Below are positions 60,559 to 64,000 of a stretch of 64,000 bases of DNA, piece by piece. The stretch spans positions 256,001 through 320,000 of the forward strand of contig OZ245002.1 in the NCBI GenBank assembly GCA_965223415.1, written 5' to 3'. Positions within the stretch are counted from its first letter, which is position 1. Each line of letters begins with the position of its first letter. A program made the translations under genes and the position numbers. The notes beneath the pieces were generated by a model. That model did no database searches, was not told the origin of the DNA, and saw only the letters and a program-made list of their open reading frames with translations. Source of the stretch: Myxococcota bacterium (GTDB lineage: Bacteria > Myxococcota_A > UBA9160 > UBA6930).

Positions 60559-61208
60559 GAGCTGGCCAGGTCCCGGCCGGCGGCGGGCCGAAAGTCGGTG
60601 CCGACGGTGTAGGCCACGGGAGAGAGGGCGGTCTGCATCACCTCGCCGTAGGGCACGCCGAGCAGCTCCGCGATCTCCTGCTCGTGGAGCAGGTGCAGGG
60701 TGGTCCACGACGTGCCGAGGCCGCGGGCCCGCGCCGCGAGCATGAAGCTCCAGAAGGCGGGCAGGACCGAGCCGTACTGACTGGCGCGGGCCAGGTCTCC
60801 CATCGGCCCCTCGATCGGCGGGAGCCGGCCCGCGATGCAGGGAATGACGAGCCAGGGTGCCCGGTGCAGGTTCTCGGCCAGGGCCTCGGCGGAGCCGACC
60901 ACCCGCTCCATCACGGCGACGTCGTCGCCCTCGGCCTGCTTGGCGAGGGCGTGTGCCGAGACGGGCATGTCGCGATAGCCGTCGAAGGCGCTCCGGTACA
61001 GCTCGGCGATGCGCTCGCGCTTGGACGGATCGCCGATCAGGAGGAAGTGCCAGCCCCGGGCGTTGGAGCCGCTCGGCGCCTGGAGGGCGATGCGGATGCA
61101 CTCCTCGACGACCTCCTGGGGCACGGGGCGATCGAAGTCCAGCCGGCGGCGCACCGCACGGGTGGTGGTGAGGAGCTCGTCGGGGGAGAGATCGAGGGTG
61201 GCGGGCAT
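60537..61208 (-). CDS. Nitroreductase family protein
   Basis: TTRAVRR, QAPSGSN..WHF, LAARARGLGT.WT. Confidence 0.92.
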   Translation of the reverse strand: MPATLDLSPDELLTTTRAVRRRLDFDRPVPQEVVEECIRIALQAPSGSNARGWHFLLIGDPSKRERIAELYRSAFDGYRDMPVSAHALAKQAEGDDVAVMERVVGSAEALAENLHRAPWLVIPCIAGRLPPIEGPMGDLARASQYGSVLPAFWSFMLAARARGLGTSWTTLHLLHEQEIAELLGVPYGEVMQTALSPVAYTVGTDFRPAAGRDLASSLHVDGW

Positions 61209-61283
61209 GGCGGCAGTCTAGAGCATGCCCCTCCGGGATCGGCCAGCGATGAATGCCGGGCACCCGCGCGCCGTCGCAGCAGG

Positions 61284-62846
61284 GTGCCTCCGGTCCGCGT
61301 CCTCCGCCTGGGCAACGCACTCCGCGCAGCGAGCCAGTGCGCCTTGCTCTGCGCGCTCGCCATGCCGGGCATCGCGGCTCCCATCCTCGGAGACGAGGCC
61401 GGCTCGGCCTACCGGAACGACCGCGAGCAGGCCTACCGGTGGTCCCTCGAACGCGAGCAGGCCGATCGCGCGTCCTCCGGGGAGCGCGCGCGCCGCGCCC
61501 AGAAGCTGTGGGATTCGCCGCCCCCGCCGCCGACACCCCTCGCCCTCCCCCAGAAGCCGGCGCCTCCGGTCGAGGCTCCGCGGGAGCCGGGGCCGCCCGA
61601 GGAGGCGGGCGCGATCGACGTCGCCGCCCTGGCGCCGGAGCCCAGCGAAATCGCCCCGCCCTGGTCCGAGGCCCTGGCGGTCCGCGCGAGCGCCCTGCGA
61701 ACCCTCCTGCTGCAGCCTGCCGGTCCGGCCCGCGAGCCCCTCGCACTCTGGAGCCGTCGCGCGTGGGAGCAGGCCGCGACGTGGAGCCGACCGACGACGC
61801 CGCCCCTCGCCGGCCCCGAGCACGCGGCCCAGACCGCCCCGGCGGTGGCCCTGGCGCCGGAGCCGGAGAGACGAGCGCTCGGCGAAGCGCCAGCCGGGCC
61901 TTCCACCCCGGTCGCGCAGGGGCCGGAGCCGAAGCCGGCGGAGGAGGGCGTCGCGAAGACAGAGCCGAAGCCGACGAAGAAGCGCGTCGCCAGGGCCAGG
62001 CCGAAGCCTCCGAAGGGGCGCGTCGCCGAGGCCAAGCCGAAGCCTCCGAAGAAGCGCGTCGCCGAGGCCAAGCCGGAGCCTCCGAAGGCGCGCGTCGCCA
62101 AGGCCAAGCCGAAACCTCCGAAGAAGCGCGTCGCCAGGGCCAAGCCGAAACCTCCGAAGAAGCGCGTCGCCAAGGCTGAGCCGGAGCCTCCGAAGAAGCG
62201 CGTCGCCAGGGCCAAGCCGGAGCCTCCGAAGGGGCGCGTCGCCAGGGCCAAGCCGAAGCCTTCGAAGAAGCGCGTCGCCAGGGCCAAGCCGGAGCCTTCG
62301 AAGGGGCGCGTCGCCAGGGCCAAGCCGGAGCCTCCGAAGGGGCGCGTCGCCAAGGCCGAGCCGAAGCCTTCGAAGGGGCGCGTCGCCAGGGCCAAGCCGG
62401 AGCCTCCGAAGGGGCGCGTCGCCAAGGCCGAGCCGAAGCCTCCGAAGAAGCGCGTCGCAGCGCCGAGATCGAGGCCGCCGGCAAGGCGCGTCGCGGCGGC
62501 TCGTCCTGCGTCGTCGAGCGTGGCGCGGTTCGAAGGAGCCGGCCTCGAGCCGTGGCGAGCCCGCTCACGGCGGCTGGCTCGGGCCGAGATCGAGCGGGTG
62601 CGGGCTCGCGCGCGCGCCTTCGAGTCCTCCGATTCCCGCGGACGCCGGGGGCGGGCATCGCGGCTGGCCGTGTCCGCCCTGGAGTCGGCCACGGGGGCGC
62701 CCGCTCCGCGCGGCACCCGCGTCCAGGCTCGGGAAGATTCCTGGGCCGGGCCGGGTGCCGGCCCGGAGGGGGAGATCCACGTCTACCGGAGCTGCGACGA
62801 GTGGGGCTGCGAGGTGGACGAGGTCGTGCGCGTCGTCTTCGACTGA
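61284..62846 (+). CDS. Hypothetical protein with a Lys/Pro/Arg-rich 12-aa tandem repeat region
   Basis: Open frame with signal-like N-terminus (start uncertain, 61284 or 61362) and ~14 RVA(R/K/E)AKP(K/E)PPK(K/G) repeats. Confidence 0.6.
   Translation: MPPVRVLRLGNALRAASQCALLCALAMPGIAAPILGDEAGSAYRNDREQAYRWSLEREQADRASSGERARRAQKLWDSPPPPPTPLALPQKPAPPVEAPREPGPPEEAGAIDVAALAPEPSEIAPPWSEALAVRASALRTLLLQPAGPAREPLALWSRRAWEQAATWSRPTTPPLAGPEHAAQTAPAVALAPEPERRALGEAPAGPSTPVAQGPEPKPAEEGVAKTEPKPTKKRVARARPKPPKGRVAEAKPKPPKKRVAEAKPEPPKARVAKAKPKPPKKRVARAKPKPPKKRVAKAEPEPPKKRVARAKPEPPKGRVARAKPKPSKKRVARAKPEPSKGRVARAKPEPPKGRVAKAEPKPSKGRVARAKPEPPKGRVAKAEPKPPKKRVAAPRSRPPARRVAAARPASSSVARFEGAGLEPWRARSRRLARAEIERVRARARAFESSDSRGRRGRASRLAVSALESATGAPAPRGTRVQAREDSWAGPGAGPEGEIHVYRSCDEWGCEVDEVVRVVFD
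61947..62450 (+). repeat. Coding 36-bp tandem repeat (~14 copies)
   Basis: Unit approx CGCGTCGCCAGGGCCAAGCCGGAGCCTCCGAAGAAG, contiguous, no spacers. Confidence 0.92.
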
Positions 62847-64000
62847 AGCGGATGCGGGTCGGTCTCCGGCGGGAACGGCGTCGGCGCCCGCGCCTCGAGA
62901 GCCGGCGCGAGGAAGCGCGCCACGATCGGGAGCGCGCCGCGGGAGCCCGGAAGGCCGGTGCCCCGCCCGTCGTCGAAGCCGACCCAGACCCCGACGACCA
63001 GGGAAGGCGTGTAGGCGACGATCCAGGCGTCGCGAAAGCCGTTGGTCGTGCCGGTCTTCGCGGCCACGGGCGCCGAGACGCCCAGGGCGCCCAGCCGGCG
63101 CGCAGTGCCGCGCAGGGCGGCGCCGCGCAGCGCGCGGGTCAAGTCCCGGCAGGCGGAGGCCGTAGCGACCCGGGGCGCCTGGCGCGGCTCCACGCGCACG
63201 ACCTCACCGACCCGATCCAGTACGAGGGGGACGCGTCGCAGTTCGGCGAGTCGGCCGTCGGCGGCGAGCGCTCCGTAGGCGCGGGTGACCTCGAGGAGAC
63301 TCAGCTCGGAGGCCCCCAGCGCCAGACTCGGCACCGGGTCCAGCGGGCTCTCGATGCCGAGACGTCGCGCCGTCGCGATCACCGGCCCGAGGCCGATACC
63401 CTGGGCGAGCCGGGCCATGGGGACGTTGAGGGAGCGCTCGAGGGCCTGGGCCAGGCTCACGGGCCCGCGAAAGCGGCCGTCGTAGTTCACGGGAATCCAC
63501 GGTCCCTCGGGCCGCGCGACCCGGAAGGGCGCATCGCGCAGGCGCGTCTCGAGGGTGACGGCGCTTCCCGGCTCCGAGAGCGCGGCGAGCGCCACGACCG
63601 GCTTGAACACGCTGCCGGGCTGGCGGCGTGCGCGCCACGCCCGGTCGAAGGGGAAGCGACGAGAGTCGCGGCCGCCGACCCAGGCGAGCACGTCGCCCCG
63701 GACCGGATCCAGGGCGACGAGTGCGGCCTGGAGCGGCGGCCCCGCGCCGACGAGGTCCGGGTGCTCCGCCTCGAGAGCGGTCAGGCCGTCGCGCACGGCC
63801 CGCTCCGCCTGACGCTGTAGCGACCAGTCGAGGCTCGTCACGACCGAGAGCCCTGCCCGGCGCAGCGCCCCGGCGCCGAAGCGCCACTCGAGCTCCGGGC
63901 GAATCCACGCGGCGAAGTAGCCGACCCCGTCGTGCCGGGCCGGCGCCACCGCCGTGAGCGGCGCCGCGCGGGCACGGCGGACCTCCTCTGGCGTGAGCAT
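62783..64000 (-). CDS. Class A penicillin-binding protein, transpeptidase domain (5' part outside window)
   Basis: RQPGSVFKP (SxxK), SLN, PSLALG, KTGTT, DAW, VWVGFD. Confidence 0.9.
   Translation of the reverse strand: MLTPEEVRRARAAPLTAVAPARHDGVGYFAAWIRPELEWRFGAGALRRAGLSVVTSLDWSLQRQAERAVRDGLTALEAEHPDLVGAGPPLQAALVALDPVRGDVLAWVGGRDSRRFPFDRAWRARRQPGSVFKPVVALAALSEPGSAVTLETRLRDAPFRVARPEGPWIPVNYDGRFRGPVSLAQALERSLNVPMARLAQGIGLGPVIATARRLGIESPLDPVPSLALGASELSLLEVTRAYGALAADGRLAELRRVPLVLDRVGEVVRVEPRQAPRVATASACRDLTRALRGAALRGTARRLGALGVSAPVAAKTGTTNGFRDAWIVAYTPSLVVGVWVGFDDGRGTGLPGSRGALPIVARFLAPALEARAPTPFPPETDPHPLQSKTTRTTSSTSQPHSSQLR

Noticed and set aside
61947..62450. 36-bp repeats as a CRISPR array
   Set aside because: Units are contiguous with no unique spacers, keep a reading frame, and no cas genes are present.

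Overview
Very GC-rich bacterial chromosome segment, gene-dense with about 65 CDS and one tRNA-Thr(CGT). I found no integrase, transposase or CRISPR array. PEP-CTERM proteins, a TPR-Ser/Thr kinase, a PilZ protein and several SDRs/amidohydrolases suggest a Myxococcota/deltaproteobacteria-like organism (inference only). Housekeeping content includes tsaC, purD, thiSGE, aqpZ, a frameshifted galK, three HtrA proteases, clpB, SCO/PCuAC, bfr-bfd, a DAHP synthase, trpS, a Wza/Wzc-like trio, an AmmeMemoRadiSam system and a partial class A PBP. Most notable: (1) an Elp3-type radical SAM/acetyltransferase head-to-head with a Trm9/ALKBH8-like methyltransferase and a SpoU methylase, a candidate eukaryote/archaea-style wobble-uridine (mcm5U) module in a bacterium; (2) a TetR-controlled operon with a SAM methyltransferase and an HgcA-like corrinoid/membrane/ferredoxin fusion; (3) an unannotated Phe/Tyr/Trp leader-peptide attenuator upstream of DAHP synthase; (4) a dispersed family of AT-richer long palindromes that sit on or supply stop codons; (5) frequent TANNNT motifs just before start codons, suggesting leaderless transcripts; (6) relic PEP-CTERM gene fragments at convergent gene junctions. 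All family assignments come from motif recognition by eye, not database searches. Many start codons were reassigned from the ORF track.
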